This document shows positions 1 to 7,849 of a stretch of 64,000 bases of DNA, in pieces. Origin of the DNA: Vicinamibacteria bacterium (GTDB lineage: Bacteria > Acidobacteriota > Vicinamibacteria > Marinacidobacterales > Marinacidobacteraceae); NCBI GenBank assembly GCA_964291235.2, contig OZ219816.1, forward strand, positions 1,568,001-1,632,000, in the 5' to 3' direction. Below the pieces are notes generated by a model. The model was not told the origin of the DNA and ran no database searches. It saw nothing but the letters and a program-made list of their open reading frames with translations. Both the position numbers and the translations under genes were made by a program. Position 1 is the first letter of the stretch. Each line of letters starts with the position of its first letter.

Positions 1-649
1 CCTCCCGCATGTGGCTCACGTGGATCCCGCCGTAGCCCGCTGCGACCTTCGCGAGTTCGATGACTTCCTCGGTTTCCGCGAACGTCCCCGGCGGGTATTT
101 CAGCCCGGTCGAGAGCCCGTAGGCGCCCTCCTGCATCGCGCGATCCACCAGCGCCCGCATTGCATCGAGCTCGGCCTCGGTGGGCGCCCGGTCTTCAAGG
201 CCCATGACCTCCCTGCGGATCGTCCCGTGCCCAACCATGAGCCCCATGTTGATCGCCGACCCCTCGGCCTCGAATTCCGCGAGCCACTCGCCGATCGGGA
301 GCGGCGACCCCCCGTCGGGCCCGCCCATCGCGGTCGTGACCCCTTGCCGGAGGTAGTTCTCGGCGAGCGGATGGCGGAGCACCCCGCGGACCGCATGGCT
401 GTGGAGGTCCACGAACCCGGGCACCACCGAGAGCCCCGAAACATCCACCCGGGCCTCGGCACGAGCGCCGGAGAGGTCGCCGATCGCCGCCACCCGGTCG
501 CCCCGGATCCCGACATCGGCTACCTGCGCGGCGCCGCCGAGCCCGTCATGCACTTCGCCGCCGGCGAGCACTACGTCGTAGGGCTCTCCGCAGCCGGCGG
601 CCAGCGCCGCCGCCAGCAAGCACGCAAGTCGCATTGACCGTTTTGCCAT
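1..649 (-). CDS. N-acyl-D-amino-acid deacylase family amidohydrolase (lipoprotein), 3' part outside window
   Basis: Not in the ORF track. Manual translation from ATG 649 (after GAGGA) gives MAKRSMRLACLLAAALAAGC (lipobox), then DVGIRGDRVAAIGDL, PGFVDLHSH, AMQEGAYGLSTGLKYPPG and HVSHMRE. Confidence 0.85.
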   Translation of the reverse strand, partial: MAKRSMRLACLLAAALAAGCGEPYDVVLAGGEVHDGLGGAAQVADVGIRGDRVAAIGDLSGARAEARVDVSGLSVVPGFVDLHSHAVRGVLRHPLAENYLRQGVTTAMGGPDGGSPLPIGEWLAEFEAEGSAINMGLMVGHGTIRREVMGLEDRAPTEAELDAMRALVDRAMQEGAYGLSTGLKYPPGTFAETEEVIELAKVAAGYGGIHVSHMRE

Positions 650-776
650 GGGTGTTCCTCCGCACGCCGCTCCCGTCCGGAGACCTGGCTCCCGGGAACG
701 GGCAGCCGCCGAGTCTATCGGTATGCTGCGCCCACCGCTCCCGCGTCGTCCGCGGGAATCGTCAAGGAGAATTCGC

Positions 777-2141
777 ATGCGCCGGACCCGTAACCTCGTC
801 ATTCCCGTCCTCTTGGCCGCCCTCCTCCTGCCGGCGGCGGCAGCCGGCCAATCGGCCCCCACCGTGCTTCCGATGCGGGAGCGGGCGGCGCTCGTGGACC
901 GCTGGCTCGAGGTCCGGTTCGAGACCGTGCTGCCGGAGATCATGCGGCGCGACGGGGTGGACATGTGGATCGTCGCCGCTCGGGAATACAACGAGGATCC
1001 GGTGATCCGGACGATGCTGCCCTACACCTGGCTCGCGGCCCGGCGCCGCACGGTGCTCTTGTTCTTCGATCGGGGACCGGGCGAAGGCGTCGAGCGGCTC
1101 GCGGTGGCCCGCTACGACATCGGCGGCATCCCGGGGGCCTGGGATCCCGAGACCGAACCCGACCAGTGGGCCCGGGTGGCCGAACTGGTCCGGGAGCGAA
1201 ACCCCGGGGCAATCGCGGTCAACCGTTCGTCGGACTTCGGGCTCGCGGACGGGATCACCGCCACCGAATACGAGGCCCTCGCGGAAGCGCTGGGATCCGA
1301 CCTGGCGGGACGGCTGACGAGCGCCGAGACGCTCGCCATCGCCTGGCTCGAAACCCGGACTCCGGAGGAGATGGCCGTCTATCCGGCGGTCGTGCGGCTC
1401 GCGCGCTCGATCCTCTCCGAGGGTCTTTCGGAAAAGGCGATTCAGCCGGGGGTGACCACGACGCAGGACCTTTCGTGGTGGTACCGGGAGCGGATTCGCG
1501 AGCTGAAGCTCCAGACCTGGTTCCAGCCCGGGGTCTCGGTGCAGCGCCGCGAGGGCGCGATGTTCGGCGGCGACTCGGGCGAGCAGGGCGACTTTTCTTC
1601 GCGGCCCCCACCGGACGTCATCATGCCCGGCGATCTGCTCCACGTGGATTTCGGGATCACCTATCTCCGGTTGAACACGGACACCCAGATGCACGCCTAC
1701 GTGCTGCGCCACGGCGAGACCGAAGCCCCCGCGGGGCTTAGCGAAGCGCTCTCCACCGGGAATCGGCTGCAGGACATCCTGACCGACGAGTTCGTGACCG
1801 GCCGCACCGGGAATGAAATCCTCGCGGCGGCGCTGGCCCAGGCGAAGAGCGAGGGCATCACCGCGTCGATCTACACCCATCCCATCGGTTTCCACGGCCA
1901 CGCCGCGGGGCCCACCATCGGCCTCTGGGATCGCCAGGAAGGCGTGCCCGGCAAGGGGGACTACCCGCTCTTCCCGATGACCGCCCACTCCATCGAACTG
2001 AACGCCCGCGTGGGGGTGCCGGAATGGGACGGCCAGGAAGTCCGGATCGCCCTCGAGGAGGACGCCATCTTCGACGGTGAGGCGACCACGTACATCGACC
2101 CCCGGATGGAACGGCTGCTGCTGATCCCGCGCCCGCGCTAG
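777..2141 (+). CDS. M24 family (Xaa-Pro) aminopeptidase, secreted
   Basis: Signal peptide after AGGAG RBS; GDLLHVDFG, NTDTQMHAY, YTHPIGFHGH and HSIEL metal-binding motifs. Confidence 0.8.
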   Translation: MRRTRNLVIPVLLAALLLPAAAAGQSAPTVLPMRERAALVDRWLEVRFETVLPEIMRRDGVDMWIVAAREYNEDPVIRTMLPYTWLAARRRTVLLFFDRGPGEGVERLAVARYDIGGIPGAWDPETEPDQWARVAELVRERNPGAIAVNRSSDFGLADGITATEYEALAEALGSDLAGRLTSAETLAIAWLETRTPEEMAVYPAVVRLARSILSEGLSEKAIQPGVTTTQDLSWWYRERIRELKLQTWFQPGVSVQRREGAMFGGDSGEQGDFSSRPPPDVIMPGDLLHVDFGITYLRLNTDTQMHAYVLRHGETEAPAGLSEALSTGNRLQDILTDEFVTGRTGNEILAAALAQAKSEGITASIYTHPIGFHGHAAGPTIGLWDRQEGVPGKGDYPLFPMTAHSIELNARVGVPEWDGQEVRIALEEDAIFDGEATTYIDPRMERLLLIPRPR

Positions 2142-2194
2142 GAGACCCGCCTTCAGGGAAGGCGATGGAGCCCGGTCGCGCCGGCGCGAGCGCC

Positions 2195-2548
2195 TCAGGC
2201 GCCGAGCAGCAACGTGCTGACCAGTGTGGTCAGAGTTCCCAGCAGCGTCGCGAGCAGCAGCAGCAGGAAGCCCCAGATCCGGCGCAGTTCCTTCTCCACC
2301 GAGTCGATCCGCGCCGACAGCTGCACTGTAGCCGTCTGTAAGTTGGCATTCTGTTCCGCCGCGGTGGTCTGAATCAGCGCCGTAAGCTGCTGAACGACTG
2401 TCTGCCCGGCCATGGACTCGATCTCCCGAACCGCAGTATAGACCTGTCCAGCGTCTCGATTTCCCGCCGCGAGCAAGCGGAACAGTGCGCCCGATTCAGG
2501 TGGCGCATCCGATTTTCCTTCGGCGTTTTCACTGCGTACTTCAGGCAT
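2195..2548 (-). CDS. small coiled-coil protein with C-terminal transmembrane helix (hypothetical)
   Basis: ATG 2548 after GGGAGG; heptad-like LSARIDSVEKELRR followed by hydrophobic IWGFLLLLLATLLGTLTTLVSTLLL. Confidence 0.6.
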   Translation of the reverse strand: MPEVRSENAEGKSDAPPESGALFRLLAAGNRDAGQVYTAVREIESMAGQTVVQQLTALIQTTAAEQNANLQTATVQLSARIDSVEKELRRIWGFLLLLLATLLGTLTTLVSTLLLGA

Positions 2549-2705
2549 GGAAGCCTCCCTGGCGCCGCGTGCGCGGCGCCGGCTGGCGCGCCCAGGTTCA
2601 GACGCGAATGGGGTCCTACCTGTCATAGACGTAAACCGTCGCCAAAATTTCTCACCGTCCCGGTTTCCCCGTCGCAGGGCGGTCCCGTGACATCCTTGGG
2701 CCGCC

Positions 2706-4061
2706 ATGACCGCCGTCCTCCTCGGCACCCTCTTCGTCGCGGTCTCGATCGGCGTCCTCCGTCTCCACCCGTTCCTCGCGCTGACGCTTGGCGCGATCCT
2801 GGCGGGGTCGCTCGGTCCCTCGGCCAACTCGGCCCCGGAACGCGTTTACGCCGCTCTCGAAGCGACCGGGAGCGCGTTCGGGGATCTCGTCGGAGCCATC
2901 GGAATCGCCATCGCCCTCGCGGCGGTCATCGGCGACTGCCTGTTGCGGAGCGGAGCCGCCGACCGGATTGCCGGATCGCTGCTGGGCCTGTTCGGTGAGC
3001 GCCGCGCCGTCTGGGCGCTCGCGGCAGCGGCCTACGTGCTGTCCATTCCGGTGTTCTTCGACACCGTGTTCTTCCTGCTCATCCCCCTGGCCCGGGCACT
3101 CGCCCGCCGGGCTCCGGGCCGCTACCCCATGTTCGTGATGGCGATCTGCGCCGGCGCCATCGCGACCCACTCGCTCGTCCCGCCGACGCCGGGCCCGCTC
3201 GGAATGGCGGACAATTTGCAGCTCGACATCGGAACCGCGATCGGCTTTGGCCTGCTGCTCGGGATCCTGCCGGTGATCGCCGCGCTCCTTGCCGCGCCGC
3301 GGTTTGTCCGGGGCATGAACGTGGAGCCGGACAGCGCCGAAGCTTCCGATTCGGGTGGAACGGAGCCCGAGGGCCCCCGTCCGGGCCTCCTCGCCTCGGT
3401 GTTCCCGATCGCGCTGCCGGTCGTCCTGATGGGCGCGGCATCGGCGGCCGCGGCCGGCGCCGGAGGCGCGATTCCGGGCGCCGCCTGGCTGGCGGTCCTC
3501 GGCCACCGGAACGCGGCGCTCTTCCTGGCAGCGTTCGCCGCCGCGCTCGTGCTCTGGAAGGCTCAGCGGCTCCCGCTCCGGAAGCTCCTCGGATCGTTCG
3601 GCGGAGCGATCGGCGAAGCCGGCCCCATCATCCTGATCACCGCCGCCGGCGGGGCCTTCGGGCGAGCCCTCGCCGGCGCCGGCGTCACCGAAGACCTCGC
3701 CCGGGTGTCAGCCGCCGCGGACGGGACCGTCCTCCTGCTGCTCGCCGCCGGCATTGCCTCGCTCCTCAAGCTCGCGCAGGGGTCCGGCACCGTCGCCATC
3801 CTCACCGGGTCGGCCATCGTCGCTTCGCTGGTGTCCGACCCGGGCGCGCTGCCCTTCCATCCGGCCTACCTGTTCGCCGCCGTGGGGTTCGGATCCATGG
3901 CGGCATCCTGGATGAACGACAGCGGATTCTGGGTGGTGGGCCGGATGTCCGGGTTCCGCGAGGGCGAGACCTTCCGCACCTGGACGGCGGTCGCCGCCAC
4001 AGTCGGCATCCTCGGGGTGATCCAGGTGCTGGTGCTGGCCACCCTCTTCCCACTCGTCTGA
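2706..4061 (+). CDS. GntP family gluconate/sugar-acid:H+ symporter
   Basis: Polytopic membrane protein with LSIPVFFD, HSLVPPTPGP, AQGSGTVA and SWMNDSGFW motifs. Confidence 0.9.
   Translation: MTAVLLGTLFVAVSIGVLRLHPFLALTLGAILAGSLGPSANSAPERVYAALEATGSAFGDLVGAIGIAIALAAVIGDCLLRSGAADRIAGSLLGLFGERRAVWALAAAAYVLSIPVFFDTVFFLLIPLARALARRAPGRYPMFVMAICAGAIATHSLVPPTPGPLGMADNLQLDIGTAIGFGLLLGILPVIAALLAAPRFVRGMNVEPDSAEASDSGGTEPEGPRPGLLASVFPIALPVVLMGAASAAAAGAGGAIPGAAWLAVLGHRNAALFLAAFAAALVLWKAQRLPLRKLLGSFGGAIGEAGPIILITAAGGAFGRALAGAGVTEDLARVSAAADGTVLLLLAAGIASLLKLAQGSGTVAILTGSAIVASLVSDPGALPFHPAYLFAAVGFGSMAASWMNDSGFWVVGRMSGFREGETFRTWTAVAATVGILGVIQVLVLATLFPLV
3934..4061 (+). repeat. 128-bp direct repeat, copy 1 (3' end of gntP)
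   Basis: Aligns without gaps to 4682-4809 with 7 mismatches (manual count). Confidence 0.95.
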
Positions 4062-4089
4062 CGCTCGCGTTTCGCTACCATGATCCACC

Positions 4090-4398
4090 GTGACCAATTC
4101 CAAGGCTGGGCCGGACCCCCTGCGACCCCTCGCGGTGGAACCTCGGGATGGGTTTCGCATCTGGCTCCGCTACGCCGACGGCGCCGAGGGAGAGGTGGAT
4201 CTCTCGGACCTCGCGGGAAAGGGCGTTTTCGCAGCCTGGCTGGACAGGGATTTCTTCCACGACGTGCGGATCGCGGATGGGGGAGAAATCGCCTGGCGGG
4301 ATGACATCGATCTCTGTCGTCACGCGCTCTATCTCCGACTCACCGGGAAGACTCCGGAGCAGGTGTTCCCCGGATTGAGCAATAGGGCAAGTGCCTGA
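4090..4398 (+). CDS. DUF2442 family protein (putative antitoxin)
   Basis: IWLRYADGAEGEVDLS, FFHDVRI and IAWRDDIDLC..ALY pattern. Confidence 0.8.
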   Translation: MTNSKAGPDPLRPLAVEPRDGFRIWLRYADGAEGEVDLSDLAGKGVFAAWLDRDFFHDVRIADGGEIAWRDDIDLCRHALYLRLTGKTPEQVFPGLSNRASA

Positions 4399-4651
4399 GG
4401 TAAGCCGCTTCTACGGGATCGTCGTACAGATCTTCTATTCGGACCACGCACCGCCCCATTTCCACGCGAAATATGCTGGGCAGGAAGTCCTGGTGTCCAT
4501 CCGGGACATCACGTTGCTGGAAGGTCAATTCCCGCCCCGAGCGCTTGCCATGGTGATGGAGTGGGCAGCCATGCACCGGGCCGAACCACTGGATGCATGG
4601 AACCGGGCACAACAACACCGGTCGCCCGGGAAAATCGCGCCGCTGAACTGA
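4391..4651 (+). CDS. DUF4160 family protein (putative toxin)
   Basis: MPEVSRFYGIVV..DHAPPHFHAKY..EWAAMHR..W..IAPL signature. Confidence 0.9.
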   Translation: MPEVSRFYGIVVQIFYSDHAPPHFHAKYAGQEVLVSIRDITLLEGQFPPRALAMVMEWAAMHRAEPLDAWNRAQQHRSPGKIAPLN

Positions 4652-4681
4652 TGCGGGTGGATCATCCCCTCGGTCCCCGGC

Positions 4682-4809
4682 TGGTTGGCCGGATGTCCGG
4701 GTTCAGCGAGGGAGAGACCTTCCGCACCTGGACGGCGGTCGCCGCCACGGTCGGCGTCCTCGGGGTGATCCAGGTGCTGGCGCTGGCCACCCTCTTCCCA
4801 CTCGTTTGA
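4682..4809 (+). pseudogene. displaced duplicate of the gntP 3' end (repeat copy 2)
   Basis: Encodes VGRMSGFSEGETFRTWTAVAATVGVLGVIQVLALATLFPLV-stop with no upstream gntP frame. Confidence 0.9.
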
Positions 4810-4831
4810 TCCTTCCCGAGAGAACTGCCCC

Positions 4832-6241
4832 ATGAGCGACAAGAGAAAACGCAACCTCCAGGCGCCCGCCCGCAGCCGGCGGGAGTTCGTCAAGTCCGTC
4901 GCTGCCGGATCGACGCTGGCGGCGGGTCTTCCGTCAGCGCTTGCGGGCGAACGCCGGACACTGAGCCGGCGCGGACTTCGCCGGCGGTCCGGGGAGTCCC
5001 CTGCCGCCCAGGCCGCACCCTCCGACCGCATCGGTCTCGCCGTGATCGGCGCCGGCGGAATGGGCATGGCGGATGTGGACACGGCGCTCCGCATCCCCGG
5101 GGTCGAACTCGTCGCCGCGTGCGACATCTTCGATGGGCGCCTCGATTCCGCCCGCGAGCGGCACGGCGACATCTTCACCACCCGCGACTACCGGGAGGTG
5201 CTCGCGCGCGACGATGTGGACGCGGTCATCGTAGGGACCCCCGACCACTGGCACCAGAAGATCTCGGTGGACGCTCTGCGAGCGGGGAAAGCCGCCTACT
5301 GCGAAAAGCCGATGGTCCACGATATTGCCGAGGGCCACGGCCTGATCCAGGCCCAGGAGGAATCGGGCAGCGTTTTCCAGGTGGGCAGCCAGGGCATGAG
5401 CTCCCTCGGTAACGAGAAGGCGAAGGAGCTGTACGAAGCAGGCGCGATCGGCGAGCTCAACTACGCGGAGGGCTTTTGGGCGCGCAACGATCCGATCGGC
5501 GCCTGGCAGTATCCGATCCCGGTGGGCGCGTCCGAAGAGACCGTCGATTGGAAGCGCTTCCTCGGCGCGGCCCCGCAGCTTCCGTACGACCCGCTGCGCG
5601 TTTTCCGCTGGCGCAACTACCGCGACTACGGCACCGGGGTCGCTGGCGACCTCTTCGTCCATCTTTTTTCGAGCCTGCACTTCGTCGTGAGTTCGCGGGG
5701 TCCGACACGCATCCAGGCGGCGGGCGGGCTCCGCTACTGGAAGGACGGCCGCGAGGTGCCGGACGTGCTCCTCGGCATGTTCGACTATCCCGAGACCGAT
5801 ACCCACCCGGGGTTCAACCTGTCGCTGCGCGTCAATTTCGTGGATGGCACCTCCGGCAGCACCTTCTTGCGACTCGTCGGGAGCGAGGGGGCGATGGACG
5901 TGACCTGGAACGACGTGGCGCTTCGCAAGAACGTCGCGGTGAACCCGATGGACGCCTTCTCGCGGGAAAAGATGGCCGAGGCCGCGAGGGCCGAGGAAGG
6001 ACTTCCCGCCCGCGTTCGCATGCAACCGCCCGTCGAGATCCGTTATGAGGTCGAGCCCGGCTACCGCGGCGCGCTCGTGGACCACTTCTCGAACTTCTTC
6101 GCGGCAGTCCGTGGTGGACCGCCGGTGTTGGAGGACGCCGCTTTTGGCCTGCGCGCCGCCGCTCCGGCACTCGCCTGCAACCTCAGCTATTTTCAGGACC
6201 GGATCGTCCACTGGGACCCCGAAGGGATGAGGCTCGTCTGA
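4832..6241 (+). CDS. Gfo/Idh/MocA family oxidoreductase with Tat signal
   Basis: SRREFVK twin-arginine motif; VIGAGGMG Rossmann motif; GTPDHWH; YCEKPM. Confidence 0.92.
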   Translation: MSDKRKRNLQAPARSRREFVKSVAAGSTLAAGLPSALAGERRTLSRRGLRRRSGESPAAQAAPSDRIGLAVIGAGGMGMADVDTALRIPGVELVAACDIFDGRLDSARERHGDIFTTRDYREVLARDDVDAVIVGTPDHWHQKISVDALRAGKAAYCEKPMVHDIAEGHGLIQAQEESGSVFQVGSQGMSSLGNEKAKELYEAGAIGELNYAEGFWARNDPIGAWQYPIPVGASEETVDWKRFLGAAPQLPYDPLRVFRWRNYRDYGTGVAGDLFVHLFSSLHFVVSSRGPTRIQAAGGLRYWKDGREVPDVLLGMFDYPETDTHPGFNLSLRVNFVDGTSGSTFLRLVGSEGAMDVTWNDVALRKNVAVNPMDAFSREKMAEAARAEEGLPARVRMQPPVEIRYEVEPGYRGALVDHFSNFFAAVRGGPPVLEDAAFGLRAAAPALACNLSYFQDRIVHWDPEGMRLV

Positions 6242-7575
6242 TGAATCGAATAAACAGAGCGCACCCCGTGCTGGCCGCGATCGTGTTTGCCACCGCCTGT
6301 GGCGGCGGGGCTCCGCCCGGCGGGAGCGCCGCTTCCGGGACAACCACCCCGGCCGCGGAGGAGGCCGCTCCCCCCAACACCCTCACCGAAGCCGAACGCG
6401 CCGCGGGTTGGCGCCTCCTCTTCGACGGCGAGACGGCGAACGGATGGCGCGGCTACAACCGCGAGGAGTTCCCCGACACCGGCTGGGGGGTGATGGACGG
6501 CATGCTGGTCGTGGGCGCCACCGCCGTCGATCCGGACGTCCCGGTAGGCGGGGACATCGTCACCACCGAATCCTTCGCGGACTTCGACCTCCGGTTCGAG
6601 TTCCGGCTCTCCGAGGTGGCCAACAGCGGCGTCCTCTACCGGGTGATCGAGGAGGAGGACGCCGAGATCTGGTTCAACGCGCCGGAGTACCAGGTGCTGG
6701 ACGACGACGCCTACATCGAGATGGGCACGATGGACATGCACACCCATCTCACCGGCGACAACTACGACCTGCACGCGACCGGCGAGAAGACTCTCCACGG
6801 GCCGGGCGAGTGGAACGAGGGCCGCATCCGCGTCCTCAACAACCAGGTGGAGCACTGGTTGAACGGCAAGAAGACGGTGGAGTACGAACTCGGCTCGGAG
6901 GAATGGGAGGAGCTGGTGGCGGCCAGCAAGTTCGCACCCTATCCCCGGTACGGCCGCGCCGCGTCGGGCCCCATCGGCCTCCAGGATCACGGCAGAAACG
7001 TCTGGTACCGCAACATCAAGATCCTGCCGCTCGCACCGGTCTCCCTGTTCAACGGTGACAACCTCGACGGCTGGCAGGTGCACGGCACCGAGCAGTGGTA
7101 CGTCGAGAACGGGGAACTGGTGTGCGAAAGCGGCCCCGATGCGGAGTACGGCTACCTGAAGACCGCAAGGACGTTTCGCGACTTCGACCTGACGCTGGAC
7201 TTCAAGCAGGAGGCCGACGGCAACAGCGGGGTGTTCTTCCGCGCCGGCGTCGAGGGGACGATCGTCAGCGGCTGGCAAGCCGAAGTCGCGCCACCCGGAT
7301 TGTTCACGGGCGGCATCTACGAGTCCTATGGCCGCGGCTGGCTGGTGCAACCCGATCCGGCGCTGGACGGGGCGCTCCGCATGGGCGAGTGGAACACCTT
7401 GCGCGTCCGGGCGGTGGGCGACCGGGTGACCACCTGGCTGAACGGCACCCGCATGGTGGATTTCCGAGACGAGCAGATCGGCGCGGGAGAGGGGGCGATC
7501 GCCCTCCAGATCCACGACGGCGGCGGGATAAAGGTGCGCTGGCGGAACATCCGGGTGGTGGATATCAGCGAGTGA
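6241..7575 (+). CDS. tandem DUF1080 (3-keto-disaccharide hydrolase-like) lipoprotein
   Basis: Lipobox FATAC; two domains with LFDG/LFNG, NSGV, GEWN and GPIGLQDHG/GAIALQIH motifs. Confidence 0.9.
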   Translation: MNRINRAHPVLAAIVFATACGGGAPPGGSAASGTTTPAAEEAAPPNTLTEAERAAGWRLLFDGETANGWRGYNREEFPDTGWGVMDGMLVVGATAVDPDVPVGGDIVTTESFADFDLRFEFRLSEVANSGVLYRVIEEEDAEIWFNAPEYQVLDDDAYIEMGTMDMHTHLTGDNYDLHATGEKTLHGPGEWNEGRIRVLNNQVEHWLNGKKTVEYELGSEEWEELVAASKFAPYPRYGRAASGPIGLQDHGRNVWYRNIKILPLAPVSLFNGDNLDGWQVHGTEQWYVENGELVCESGPDAEYGYLKTARTFRDFDLTLDFKQEADGNSGVFFRAGVEGTIVSGWQAEVAPPGLFTGGIYESYGRGWLVQPDPALDGALRMGEWNTLRVRAVGDRVTTWLNGTRMVDFRDEQIGAGEGAIALQIHDGGGIKVRWRNIRVVDISE

Positions 7576-7629
7576 GCTACCCGGCCGGGCCCCAGCGAAG
7601 TGCGGCCAGTCCCCGCTTTCTCGCGGTAA

Positions 7630-7834
7630 GGAGCGCCGGCCTCCGGCCGGCATCGCGGCCGTAGGCCGCGAAACTCCCCGACTCGATCATCCCCGATGGC
7701 GCCAACCCAAACGAGGACGGCTCCTCCGCGGCGGGGACTTCGCCGTCACGGATTGGGTCCGGGCGGTGGGGAAGATCAGGTTTGGGAGTTTCGCTCCGCT
7801 GCGCGGAGCGATGCCGGCCGGAGGCCGGCGTTCC
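7630..7834. repeat. REP-doublet (REPIN/MITE-like) element, family A
   Basis: About 50-bp imperfect inverted ends GGARCGCCGGCCTCCGGCCGGCATCG-hairpin-CGAAACTCCC; lies between convergent genes; homologous to 16783-17070 and 30865-31083. Confidence 0.85.
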
Positions 7835-7849
7835 GGCCCTGACGCCGCA

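Noticed and set aside
2161-2185. GGCGATGGAG resembling a fluoride riboswitch start
   Set aside because: The expected TTCGCC pairing strand and downstream CTGATG motif are missing, and it lies between convergent gene ends.
3934-4809. Possible DGR template/variable repeat pair
   Set aside because: Mismatches are not confined to adenines in either copy, and no reverse transcriptase is present.
4561-4809. 82-aa ORF ending in the gntP C-terminus
   Set aside because: Its start lies off-frame inside DUF4160; best explained by the duplicated gene end.
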